Both the position numbers and the translations under genes were made by a program. Positions 9,564 through 18,625 of a stretch of 64,000 nt of DNA are shown one piece after another (the stretch's first letter is position 1; each line of letters opens with the position of its first letter). Under the pieces are notes generated by a model, which worked only from the letters and a program-made list of their open reading frames with translations, searched no databases and was not told the DNA's origin. The stretch comes from Candidatus Heimdallarchaeota archaeon (lineage in GTDB: Archaea > Asgardarchaeota > Heimdallarchaeia > Hodarchaeales > Hodarchaeaceae): positions 10,728-74,727 of the forward strand of contig JBHLSH010000008.1 of assembly GCA_048881705.1 (NCBI GenBank). Reading direction: 5' to 3'.

Positions 9564-9974
9564 ATGAAGGTAATGACTGAAATCACAGCTGATATGGAGA
9601 ATTTTCTTCAGGAACAGAGAATGATTCGAGTTGCAACGGTGGCCCCCGATGGATCACCTAACATTGCCCCATTTTGCTTTTTTATGCATGAGGGTACTGT
9701 TCATGTTTTGACAAGGCCAGAAACAAAAACAGTAAAGAATATAAAAAACAATCCAAAGGTTGCTTTCCTAATAGATTCATATGACGAGGATTGGAGTAAG
9801 AATAGATTTCTGATGCTAAAGGGTGTGGCGACGTTAATCGAGGATTCAAAGAGGACAGAGGAACTTCGGGCTGCCAGAAAAGCGAAATACCCTCAGCAGG
9901 CTGATGCCCCTCCTGATCGAAAGTGGACAGTGATAAGGATAAATCCTACAACGGTTCTTCCCTTTCGTATTTAA
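9564..9974 (+). CDS. Pyridoxamine 5'-phosphate oxidase-like (split-barrel FMN/F420-binding) protein
   Basis: RVATVAPDGSPNIAP, KTVKNIKNNPKVAFLID, LKGVA, VIRINP. Confidence 0.85.
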   Translation: MKVMTEITADMENFLQEQRMIRVATVAPDGSPNIAPFCFFMHEGTVHVLTRPETKTVKNIKNNPKVAFLIDSYDEDWSKNRFLMLKGVATLIEDSKRTEELRAARKAKYPQQADAPPDRKWTVIRINPTTVLPFRI

Positions 9975-10062
9975 AAGAAGAAGTATAAAATAATCCTTGG
10001 TAAAAATGAAGTTTGAACCATAATTCGTTTTGAAAACCTCCCCTATGGTGTGATCTAGGACG

Positions 10063-10515
10063 ATGCTAGATTCAAAGGACACTGAAATTCTCAAGCTTTT
10101 GAAAGAAAACTCGAAAATAGCTGCAAAAGAGATTTCAGATAAAGTTGAAGTCTCGATCCCCACGGTTTATTCACGAATTAAGAAAATGCAGGATAATGAA
10201 GTCATAAAGAATTTTACCATCGGGATCGATCACAAGAAGCTTGGAAAGAAGATTTGCGGTCTTTTGGGCTTAAATGTTCCATCTGCAAAAACACATAAAC
10301 TAGCGTCTCAGTTCAAGGATCTAAAAGAAGTCTATGAAGTTTATATTACAAACGGCCCAAGTAATATGATGTTAAAGATCCGAGTTAAAGATCTTGATGA
10401 GTTAAGAGAATTCGTAAGTGAGATCAGTAGAAATGGCGATATCCAGGGATATCACGTTTACATTGTTATGGATACCATCCTTGATGAGTTTACGAGTTCC
10501 TTTAAAGGTGTTTAG
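10063..10515 (+). CDS. Lrp/AsnC family transcriptional regulator
   Basis: LDSKDTEILKLLKENSK..EISDKVEVSIPTVYSRIKKM..VIKNFT HTH followed by a RAM domain. Confidence 0.92.
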   Translation: MLDSKDTEILKLLKENSKIAAKEISDKVEVSIPTVYSRIKKMQDNEVIKNFTIGIDHKKLGKKICGLLGLNVPSAKTHKLASQFKDLKEVYEVYITNGPSNMMLKIRVKDLDELREFVSEISRNGDIQGYHVYIVMDTILDEFTSSFKGV

Positions 10516-10518
10516 ACT

Positions 10519-11514
10519 ATGAGGGACGTTTTTGCATGCCTCACGTTCGATTTGGAAAGAGACGTCAGTCGTATGCCCCCTACATACAAAGGGATCGATG
10601 AAGCTCTTCCACTTCTTCTAGATGTTTTCAAAGAACGCCGGGTAAAGGTAACAGGGAATCTCGCCACCAAAATCATTGAAGAAAGAGGCGATATTCTGAA
10701 AGAATTCTTTGCGCAAGGTCATGAAATATGCAACCATGGATATATGCACCGGTTATACAAACAAGCCATTCGCTTACCGCTGTTGGAATACGAAAAGATC
10801 CTGTTTAAACAAATAGGCAGTCAAATAGATCTTCAAATTTTTTCAGGCTTTGATCCTATACCGTTTACAGATAAAGCTGAAGTCTTCAACATGATCGATG
10901 TCAGTACCGACCTAATTACAGATTTTTTTGGAAAGCGGCCGAATTCTTTTAAAATGCCCTTTCATTCCTTAGACTGGGACATACTCAGCTATCTGGACTC
11001 TAAAGACTATCTCGTTGATACCTCTATCCCCTATTGGAAATATTGGGATTGGAAACCTCCTCATCATCCCACTTTCCATGAAATTGTTGACCAGGATGAA
11101 TCCTTCAAGATTGGCGATAATGATCGAATACCCCTAAAGCTCCTCGAAATCCCTGCAAGTTTCGATCCGTCTCCAGATATCTTGGATAGCATGGAAGTAA
11201 TCCATAGAACTCTTTCCATGCTTACAAGTAGAACATTGGGTATGAAAAGGGTTGAAAACCTTCTTGATCGGATAACAGAGAGAACTCCTGAATCTAATCC
11301 TGTGATTTTGGTATTTAAATGCTCTATATGGGAATTCACTGAACTAGGCCCTCTGGGTCCTATTGAACTTGAACAGAATTTTGGTTCAGCAGCTATTCGA
11401 CTGCTGGAGGATTTTTTTACCCTTTTAGAAGATAGTCATAAAGCAAAATACGTTACATTGACAGAATTGAGAGAGATCTGGGAAAAGAATCATTGTCCTG
11501 ATCATACTTCCTAG
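10519..11514 (+). CDS. Polysaccharide deacetylase (NodB/CE4)-like protein
   Basis: CLTFDLE, GHEICNHGYMH, RPNSFKMP, YLVDTS; starts 3 bp after lrp. Confidence 0.8.
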   Translation: MRDVFACLTFDLERDVSRMPPTYKGIDEALPLLLDVFKERRVKVTGNLATKIIEERGDILKEFFAQGHEICNHGYMHRLYKQAIRLPLLEYEKILFKQIGSQIDLQIFSGFDPIPFTDKAEVFNMIDVSTDLITDFFGKRPNSFKMPFHSLDWDILSYLDSKDYLVDTSIPYWKYWDWKPPHHPTFHEIVDQDESFKIGDNDRIPLKLLEIPASFDPSPDILDSMEVIHRTLSMLTSRTLGMKRVENLLDRITERTPESNPVILVFKCSIWEFTELGPLGPIELEQNFGSAAIRLLEDFFTLLEDSHKAKYVTLTELREIWEKNHCPDHTS

Positions 11515-11646
11515 GATCTTTTTGATTATGATGTTTTTGCCTGGATGTCGTTGGCGGCCCAGCCCAGAATCCAACCGTGAGGATACTTATTTCCGAAATT
11601 AAGAAACAGATGAATGGTGAAAGGGGAAGAGGGACAATTAACACTA

Positions 11647-12600
11647 TTATATCAATAAATTTCCGTTCTTTATTATAGGGTCTCCATCAAGGGATATGGT
11701 TGGGTTTCTAGTCGATGAATCAATATGTGTGGTACTCTGGATAGTTCCCCCGAAATGAGTATTTCCCCCGAATCCGATGTGTCCTGATCCTGCAACTCTT
11801 TCATCTTCTATCAAATCTCCGATATAGGTAGCTTTCGCGTTTGTCCCACACCCTACTTCACAAACCCGAAATGAGTTTTCATCACCTGCAGAGAGAATCT
11901 TACGAAATTGCTCTGCCTGCTCGGAGTTTCCTAAGATATTTCCGATGCCATCGGTAACCTCTACGGTTATTGGGGGATCTATCAACCCTATTGATTGGAT
12001 ACTTCCATTAATTATCCATTTACCTTCTGCACAACCTTCTTGCAGTGGTATTGCGACCACACCTGAAGGAAGAGAGGTAAGAATCCCATTATCTCTACAA
12101 AGACCATCAAAATACATTGCTTTCATCCCCTTCAGAGAAAAAACCATATCTGTACCAGCAGAACTCTTTATTTCTACTTCTTTTGCCTCGGAAAACCTTT
12201 TTGCGACTTCCTTGGTGAGCTTAGACAGCTTGTCATAATCAAGATCGAAACAGCGTTGGATCATGCTTATGTCAGCTCTGCTCATCGAAAGGATTCGCGC
12301 ACCCTCATCCATTGCTTTTACACGGGAGGAATGGGGAAAAAGCTTGGAGTTACAAATAACAATTAGATTGGAATGATTCATGAATTGCTGCAGGGCATCT
12401 GGGAGCCGTTTCTCTACTAAGAGGTCAGTGTGAGGTATAACCAGGATTGTCTTGCCTCCTAAACTTTCGGCTGCTTTTGCAACTGATAGCGGGATCTTCT
12501 CATCCTGTGAAAGATCAGAAATCACTAGTACTGCCTCATCTGGTTGAAGATTCGCACATTGGATCAGGTTTGACCTAAATATATCTTCGATTGATTTCAT
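11647..12600 (-). CDS. M29/AmpS-like metallohydrolase (COG2309; family also includes NicX-like enzymes)
   Basis: LPSG, EVGCGTN, IEDER, GSGHIGFGGNTHFGG, THID. ATG at 12600 avoids the overlap with mmgE (track start 12702). Confidence 0.78.
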   Translation of the reverse strand: MKSIEDIFRSNLIQCANLQPDEAVLVISDLSQDEKIPLSVAKAAESLGGKTILVIPHTDLLVEKRLPDALQQFMNHSNLIVICNSKLFPHSSRVKAMDEGARILSMSRADISMIQRCFDLDYDKLSKLTKEVAKRFSEAKEVEIKSSAGTDMVFSLKGMKAMYFDGLCRDNGILTSLPSGVVAIPLQEGCAEGKWIINGSIQSIGLIDPPITVEVTDGIGNILGNSEQAEQFRKILSAGDENSFRVCEVGCGTNAKATYIGDLIEDERVAGSGHIGFGGNTHFGGTIQSTTHIDSSTRNPTISLDGDPIIKNGNLLI

Positions 12601-12616
12601 TTTTCTATCACCCAAA

Positions 12617-14053
12617 CTAAATAGGTACGATAAGAGAATCGATAAATTCTCCGAGATCATCAAGTTGTTCAAGGCGATTAACCTTCTCCCAGATCCTGTC
12701 AATTGACGGTGGTTCTAGGAATCCTTGTGTTAAATCCTTGATTTTAATCTTCAAGTCCTCATCCGACAATGGCGTCGCCGGGTCGCCTTTGGGGGACAAA
12801 ACTGTGGATTCAACAGATCTACCATCCCGTAATCTGACTTTTACAGTTGATGGCCACGGCCCTTGTTGAAGATTTCTTGTCATAAAGATCTTCTCAAACT
12901 CCTCATCCAGTTCGATTTTAGTACGTTTGAGTAAATTAATAAATTTGGGATTTTGAACTTTTTCATGCCATTTGATGGGAAGATCGTGTTTGCCATCGAC
13001 CAAAACCGAGGCTACCTGGTATGGGTGGCTAAAAATGGCGTTTACATGGGAATGAAAGGTAAAAGTGGCCCGTCTGGCTGAGTCAGAATTTAATCGGATT
13101 ATGACCTCCTGTATTTCATCCGGATTGACTTGTTCTATTTGAACCAGGTTTAATGCCGCTTCAATAGAAGCATGAAGAAATTTACATGCAGGCCAGGGTT
13201 TGAAATATCCTTCCTCTATTTTGAATCCTTCAGGGGTTCCTAAATTATCCAGAAACGCATTCCAATTAACGTTACCAACAATTGATCTTCCAACGGCTGA
13301 TTTCCCTTCGAGAATGTCTCTAGAACCCAAAATGCCGTTTTTTGCCAAGAATGCCGATTGAACTGCTCTTCTTGATTCCTGTCCACATACTATGTCTTTT
13401 TCGTGTCCCCCACTAATTGTATATTGAGCACTTACGATTTGTGCCGAGGCAGCTAAACCCATAGCTCCAGCTATCTGTTCTTTGGTAAGGCCAAGAAGTT
13501 TACCAGCAGGAATGACGCCTGCAAGTGGAGAAAGAACAACGAAGAAAGGACTTCGTTTGGTAACCGTCAGTTCCGCAGATCGAAACAGAACATATGCCAA
13601 TCGAATATAGGCTTCGTACCCAAGAGCCACCGCAGTCAGTAATTCTTTTCCGTTGGCCTTAACATTTTCAGCAACTGCCAGAGCTGTAGGAACCACACGA
13701 TCATTGATATGTCCCCCCATGTAATGTCCATCGCTAGCATCCAGAAAATTCGAGAGTACACTATTTGCAAAAGCAGCATCTTCGCAACTGGTCTTAAAAC
13801 CAGTACCAAGGACCGTCGCTTCTTGATGACCAGCCTTTGTTCGAATATATGCTAAAAGATTTTTTATAAGAGAATGCTGAGTTCCATAGCCTGCTAATGC
13901 AATTCCTGCAAAATCGAAAATAACTTCTTTGGTTCTCTTGATGACTGATAATGGTAAGTCTTCAAAATCAGTGTCAATCACGAATTCCGCAAATTTTTCA
14001 GCAACAAAACTGCTAGATTTTTCAGGTTCCGCAAGAACCATTATTTTCAACAC
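12617..14053 (-). CDS. MmgE/PrpD family protein
   Basis: AEFVIDTDFEDLP, AAFANSVL..DASDGH, VPTALAVAE, LTAVALGYE, FKPWPACKFLH, PKGDPATPL. Confidence 0.92.
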   Translation of the reverse strand: MLKIMVLAEPEKSSSFVAEKFAEFVIDTDFEDLPLSVIKRTKEVIFDFAGIALAGYGTQHSLIKNLLAYIRTKAGHQEATVLGTGFKTSCEDAAFANSVLSNFLDASDGHYMGGHINDRVVPTALAVAENVKANGKELLTAVALGYEAYIRLAYVLFRSAELTVTKRSPFFVVLSPLAGVIPAGKLLGLTKEQIAGAMGLAASAQIVSAQYTISGGHEKDIVCGQESRRAVQSAFLAKNGILGSRDILEGKSAVGRSIVGNVNWNAFLDNLGTPEGFKIEEGYFKPWPACKFLHASIEAALNLVQIEQVNPDEIQEVIIRLNSDSARRATFTFHSHVNAIFSHPYQVASVLVDGKHDLPIKWHEKVQNPKFINLLKRTKIELDEEFEKIFMTRNLQQGPWPSTVKVRLRDGRSVESTVLSPKGDPATPLSDEDLKIKIKDLTQGFLEPPSIDRIWEKVNRLEQLDDLGEFIDSLIVPI

Positions 14054-14067
14054 CTACCGAGCTTGAT

Positions 14068-15081
14068 TTAGTCATAGACGATTCGAGGATCTAACCACCC
14101 ATAGATGATGTCGACGATTAGGTTGATAAATGCAAAGATCAGAGCGTACCAGAGAATCACAGCCTGAATGACAGGATAGTCCCTTGATTGGATTGAATCT
14201 ATCATATATTGCCCTAAGCCATTATACTCAAACACTTTCTCAACGATGATGGAACCACCTAACATGGCACCAAAAGCGACGCCAGCTACGGTAATTACGG
14301 GTATCATGGCATTCTTTAGAGAGTGATAAATGACGACCCTAGATCTAGATGCACCTTTTGCTCTGGCCGTTCTTATGTAATCACTGTTCAAGACCTCCAG
14401 CATGGAAGAACGGGTCTGTCGCGCAAGGACAGCCATCAGAAAGGCTGAAAGAGTGACTGCGGGCATTATAATGTGTTGGATGGAATTTGAAACTTCATCA
14501 AAGAATTCTGAAACTGTTGAGCCCGGAGGATAGAATAATCCTGGAATGAGAGAAAGAATACGATCGTAGTCGCCGGTACCAACAACGGGAAGAATATCGA
14601 ACACAACTCCAAATATCCACATCATCATTAGGCCTAGCCAAAAAGCTGGCGCAGAAACTCCAACCATTGCTGCAATCATGGCTACATTGTCAGTTTTGGA
14701 ATATGGTTTTACACTAGATATCGTACCTGCTAATCCTCCAATGATTAGAGCAATAAGAGTGGCTGAACTGGCCAACACTACTGTGTTCGTAAATCGTGGC
14801 ATTATTTCTTCTAGAACCGGTTGGCCAGTTCGAATTGAAGACCCGAAGTCACCTTTCAAAATGTTAATCATGAAAACCAGGTATTGTTCGAGAAAAGGCT
14901 TGTTTAAACCCCATCGCTCCCGAAGAATTTCAACCTGTTCAAACGGCGCGTCCTCAGGAACGAGTAAGAGAGCAGGATCACCAGGAATCATGCGAATCAA
15001 CATAAAAACTACGAAAGAGACAACCAAAAGGACTGGAATGACTAGAAAGATTCTTCTAATTAAGAAAGAGGTAAAAGACAA
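14068..15081 (-). CDS. dppB: Peptide/nickel ABC transporter permease DppB/OppB
   Basis: LIRMIPGDP, GDFGSSIRTG, EAA loop DYIRTARAKGAS..HSLKNA, RDYPVIQ, DIIYGWLDPRI. TTG start at 15081 after GGTGA. Confidence 0.92.
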   Translation of the reverse strand: MSFTSFLIRRIFLVIPVLLVVSFVVFMLIRMIPGDPALLLVPEDAPFEQVEILRERWGLNKPFLEQYLVFMINILKGDFGSSIRTGQPVLEEIMPRFTNTVVLASSATLIALIIGGLAGTISSVKPYSKTDNVAMIAAMVGVSAPAFWLGLMMMWIFGVVFDILPVVGTGDYDRILSLIPGLFYPPGSTVSEFFDEVSNSIQHIIMPAVTLSAFLMAVLARQTRSSMLEVLNSDYIRTARAKGASRSRVVIYHSLKNAMIPVITVAGVAFGAMLGGSIIVEKVFEYNGLGQYMIDSIQSRDYPVIQAVILWYALIFAFINLIVDIIYGWLDPRIVYD

Positions 15082-15100
15082 TGTTAAATCACCATGTTTT

Positions 15101-16033
15101 TTAATCAGCCACCATTCGAGGATCAAGAGCGTCTCTAAGACCGTCTCCAACCAAATTGAAAGCTAAAACGGTCAATATGATAGCTAGCCCTGGGAACAAT
15201 GATAGATGGATCTTTCCAGTCAAGAGGTAAAGGCGTCCTTGATTTAACATGACACCCCATTCCGGAGTGGGCGGTTGTGCTCCAAGGCCCAAAAAGCCTA
15301 ATGCCGCAGCAGATAGGATTGCACTGGCAAAATTGAGAGTTGATTGAACAATAAGGGGTCCAGCAGCATTAGGTATGATGTGCCAAACCAGAATCCTCCA
15401 ATCTCGGGCACCCACCATTCGTGCTGCTTCGATGTAGTCATTTTGTTTTATTGATATAACTTGACCGCGGGTTAATCTTGCATAAATAGGGATGAGCGCT
15501 ATGCCAACGGCTACCATAGCATTTTGTAAAGTAGGTCCCAAAATTGCAATTATCATGAGTGCTAAGAGGAAAGCAGGGAAAGCCATCATCACGTCGATTA
15601 ATCGCATAAAGATATGATCTATCCACCTGCCATAATAGCCACATACTGCGCCAATTATTGTCCCGACAACCAACGCGATCGAAACAGAGACCAATCCTAT
15701 TGTTATTGAAATCCGACATCCAAGCATAATCCTGCTAAGTAAGTCTCTTCCAAGATCGTCAAGGCCCAAAGGATGTTGCGGAGACGGGGCTTCACCTATT
15801 CGATCCAAACGTTCCGACGTTGGGAGGTGTCCATAGGGATCATAAGGTACCAACAGCGGATTTCCCCATGGATCCACAGCGAAAATTGCGATTAGAAGAA
15901 TTATCAGAAGAATCAAGAGCCCAAAAACCGCACGCTTATTTTTCTTAAACTTATACAAAGTTTGGGGAAGCCTAGAAACTTTTGTGGTTCTATCCATTAC
16001 CTCTGCTGATGTTCCCATTTTCACGGACCTCAT
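15101..16033 (-). CDS. dppC: Peptide/nickel ABC transporter permease DppC/OppC
   Basis: HPLGLDDLGRDLLSRIMLG, DYIEAARMVGA, PPTPEWG, FNLVGDGLRDALDP. Confidence 0.92.
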   Translation of the reverse strand: MRSVKMGTSAEVMDRTTKVSRLPQTLYKFKKNKRAVFGLLILLIILLIAIFAVDPWGNPLLVPYDPYGHLPTSERLDRIGEAPSPQHPLGLDDLGRDLLSRIMLGCRISITIGLVSVSIALVVGTIIGAVCGYYGRWIDHIFMRLIDVMMAFPAFLLALMIIAILGPTLQNAMVAVGIALIPIYARLTRGQVISIKQNDYIEAARMVGARDWRILVWHIIPNAAGPLIVQSTLNFASAILSAAALGFLGLGAQPPTPEWGVMLNQGRLYLLTGKIHLSLFPGLAIILTVLAFNLVGDGLRDALDPRMVAD

Positions 16034-16077
16034 AGGTTTAACACACTGAATCAACCATAGAGTGTAATATAATGGAA

Positions 16078-17052
16078 TTAGGTTTGATCTAATGCCCAAC
16101 AGGCGGTGTAATGTTCATTTCCACGCTCTAGGAAGGGAGGGTCTTCTTCGCGGCACTTCGGAAGAGTTAGCCAGCATCGGGGGTGAAACCTACATCCTGA
16201 AGGAGGGTTTGCAGGGCTAGGGACGTCTCCTTGGAGAATTATTCTTTCTCTTTTGGATTGAAGAGTTGGTTCTAGAATTGCTGACATAAGTGCCTTAGTG
16301 TAAGGATGAGCTGGATTTTGGAAAATCTCGTCTGTTGGGCCATTTTCGACAATTTTTCCTACATACATAACGGCAGTACGATCGGACATGTATTCAATAA
16401 TTGATAAATCGTGAGATATGAATAAATAGGAAAGATTAAGATCTTTTAAGAGATCCTTAAATAAATTAAGGACCTGAGACTGGACAGATACATCTAGGGC
16501 TGACGTGGGTTCATCTAAAACTATTAAACTGGGATTTAATGCCAGAGCGCGTGCCACGCAGATCCGCTGACGCTGGCCTCCAGAAAATTCGTGAGGATGT
16601 CTATCCAGGTGCTCCTCCTTGAGACCCACCTTCTCTAGAAGCTTTAGTACCCTATCACTAATCTCTTTTCTTGGATGAACCTTATTAATGATAAGTGGTT
16701 CCCCTACTATTCTCTTTATGGTCATTCGGGGGTTTAATGATGAGAATGGATCCTGAAATACCATCATCATTTGCCTTCTCTGCTTTCGTAGTTTTCTTTT
16801 GTCCATCTGAGTGAGTGTTTTACCGTCAAATCTAATCTCCCCTGATGTAGGTTTCTCTAGCATCAAAACTACTCTTCCAACAGTGGTTTTTCCGCACCCT
16901 GACTCGCCCACTAGGCCCAAAACCTCCCCCTTCCGAATCTGAAAGCTGATATCGTCAACCGCCCTTACCCAGCCCACTGTCCTTCTTAATACTCCTGCTC
17001 GGATTGGAAAGTACATTTTGAGATTTTTAACATCTAATAAAATCTCTTGCGT
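16078..17052 (-). CDS. dppF: Peptide ABC transporter ATP-binding protein DppF/OppF
   Basis: GESGCGKTT, FSGGQRQR, LDEPTSALD, C-terminal PSGCRFHPRC. The conserved first strand (ILLDVKNLK) lies upstream of the first ATG at 17016; see finding on the non-canonical start. Confidence 0.9.
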   Translation of the reverse strand, partial: TQEILLDVKNLKMYFPIRAGVLRRTVGWVRAVDDISFQIRKGEVLGLVGESGCGKTTVGRVVLMLEKPTSGEIRFDGKTLTQMDKRKLRKQRRQMMMVFQDPFSSLNPRMTIKRIVGEPLIINKVHPRKEISDRVLKLLEKVGLKEEHLDRHPHEFSGGQRQRICVARALALNPSLIVLDEPTSALDVSVQSQVLNLFKDLLKDLNLSYLFISHDLSIIEYMSDRTAVMYVGKIVENGPTDEIFQNPAHPYTKALMSAILEPTLQSKRERIILQGDVPSPANPPSGCRFHPRCWLTLPKCREEDPPFLERGNEHYTACWALDQT

Positions 17053-17112
17053 GGTGAATCACCTTTTTCTGCTTCATGTAACCTGTAGATTGATCTTGCT
17101 AATGGAAATTTG

Positions 17113-18159
17113 TCATGCATATAAATTACAAGCTACAAAGTGTTCTTTACCGACTTCAACAAGTGTAGGTTTGTTTTTTAAACAATCGTTACTTACTTGA
17201 TCACAACGGGGATGAAATCTGCAGCCAGAAGGTGGGTTTATTAAATCAGGAACAGTTCCCTTGATAGTGTTCAATCTCCTTCCCCTGCTTTCCCCCAGAC
17301 GAGGAATGCATTTCATTAAACCTGAGGTATACGGATGTGTTGGATTGCTAAATAGGGAACGAATATCTGTGTATTCCACAATGTTGCCCGCGTACATGAC
17401 CGCGACCTGTTCGCACATCTCCGCAATTAATCCTAAGTGGTGAGAAATCAGCAATAGCGAAACGCCGAATTCTTTTCGTATTTTTTTGATCAGAGCCAAA
17501 ATCTGTGCCTGAATGGTGACATCAAGGGCTGTCGTGGGTTCATCCGCGATAAGAAGTTGTGGATGGCAAGCTAAGGCCATTGCAATCATAATCCGTTGTC
17601 GCATCCCACCGCTTAATTGGTGTGGATACCCAGATGCGACCTTCTCGGGTTCGGGTATCCCTGTTAGACCAATGAGTTCAAGAGCACGTTCAGTTACCTT
17701 TTGTTCAAACGTTCTATGATCCAATTTGGATACGTCGTCTCCATTATCTGATTGTGGGGGGTCAAAGTCATAAGTATCAGGATGAAGCAAGATAGCCTCA
17801 ACAATTTGATTGAGAATAGGAATGACAGGATTTAAAGAAGTCATAGGTTCTTGAAAGACCATAGAAATGCTTTTACCTCTGATTTCCCTCTGCATGTATC
17901 TCTCACTTTTTTGTAGGAGGTTTTCACCATTGAACCAAATTTCACCTTGAACAATGCGTCCCGGTGGTTGTGGAATTAACCGCATTATAGATAATGCTGT
18001 CACGCTCTTTCCGCAACCTGTTTCTCCTACAAGACCTAGCGATCCATTTTTCCCTTTTATCTCAAGGTTAACGGCGTCTATGGCTTTCACGTTGCCTGAG
18101 TATGTAGAAAAGTGAGTAGAAAGGTTTTTTACTCGCAATAAAGGGTCGATTTCAGTCAT
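17113..18159 (-). CDS. dppD: Peptide ABC transporter ATP-binding protein DppD/OppD
   Basis: GETGCGKS, LSGGMRQR, IADEPTTALDVTIQAQ, GCRFHPRC. Confidence 0.93.
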   Translation of the reverse strand: MTEIDPLLRVKNLSTHFSTYSGNVKAIDAVNLEIKGKNGSLGLVGETGCGKSVTALSIMRLIPQPPGRIVQGEIWFNGENLLQKSERYMQREIRGKSISMVFQEPMTSLNPVIPILNQIVEAILLHPDTYDFDPPQSDNGDDVSKLDHRTFEQKVTERALELIGLTGIPEPEKVASGYPHQLSGGMRQRIMIAMALACHPQLLIADEPTTALDVTIQAQILALIKKIRKEFGVSLLLISHHLGLIAEMCEQVAVMYAGNIVEYTDIRSLFSNPTHPYTSGLMKCIPRLGESRGRRLNTIKGTVPDLINPPSGCRFHPRCDQVSNDCLKNKPTLVEVGKEHFVACNLYA

Positions 18160-18534
18160 TGATATTTACCAACGGTTTCAGACTTTGAACCATCACAAAA
18201 AGCCCGATCTAGGTTTGAACATTCAAACATTGTTTCTACATAAGGTTGACGTTCTTTATTTGTCATGAGAGGGGTTTCCAACTGAAATTTACATGAAGCA
18301 ATCAAAATTCGATTCGTTATTACAATTCTGGTTTACATATCTTTGTGTAATTATAGTTAACAGAAGTAATCTCCGAAATTCGCTTTTGTGTACATGTCGA
18401 TTCTTCTCATACTGCTGGGGCCACTATAATTGGACTATTTGAGAACTATGTCCTCTAGCCATGTATTTGTGAACAATTTGTACCTCTATGGTTCATCCGA
18501 GCTACATTGAATCCATCCAACCCGTTAAGAAGCC

Positions 18535-18573
18535 AAAATAGAAAAAACAGTTGCCCCCCTGAATTGGGGACAA
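18535..18573 (-). terminator. Stem-loop plus T-tract downstream of dppA
   Basis: Minus strand TTGTCCCC-AATTCAG-GGGGGCAA (8-bp stem with one G-U pair) followed by CTGTTTTTTCTATTTT, about 50 bp after the dppA stop. Confidence 0.55.
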
Positions 18574-18625
18574 CGAGCAATCAAGTTGGAGAATTCACCA
18601 GGGGCCAATTGTGAAACTTATGGTT

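Noticed and set aside
12601-12702. Apparent overlap of the M29-like and mmgE/prpD ORFs
   Set aside because: Artefact of taking the longest ORF; ATG at 12600 after GGTGA removes the overlap.
14678-15166. 162-aa antisense ORF in dppB and similar shadow ORFs (e.g. 26861-27232, 35149-35445, 58769-59281)
   Set aside because: They lie fully opposite well-supported genes and show the composition expected from antisense reading of hydrophobic codons.
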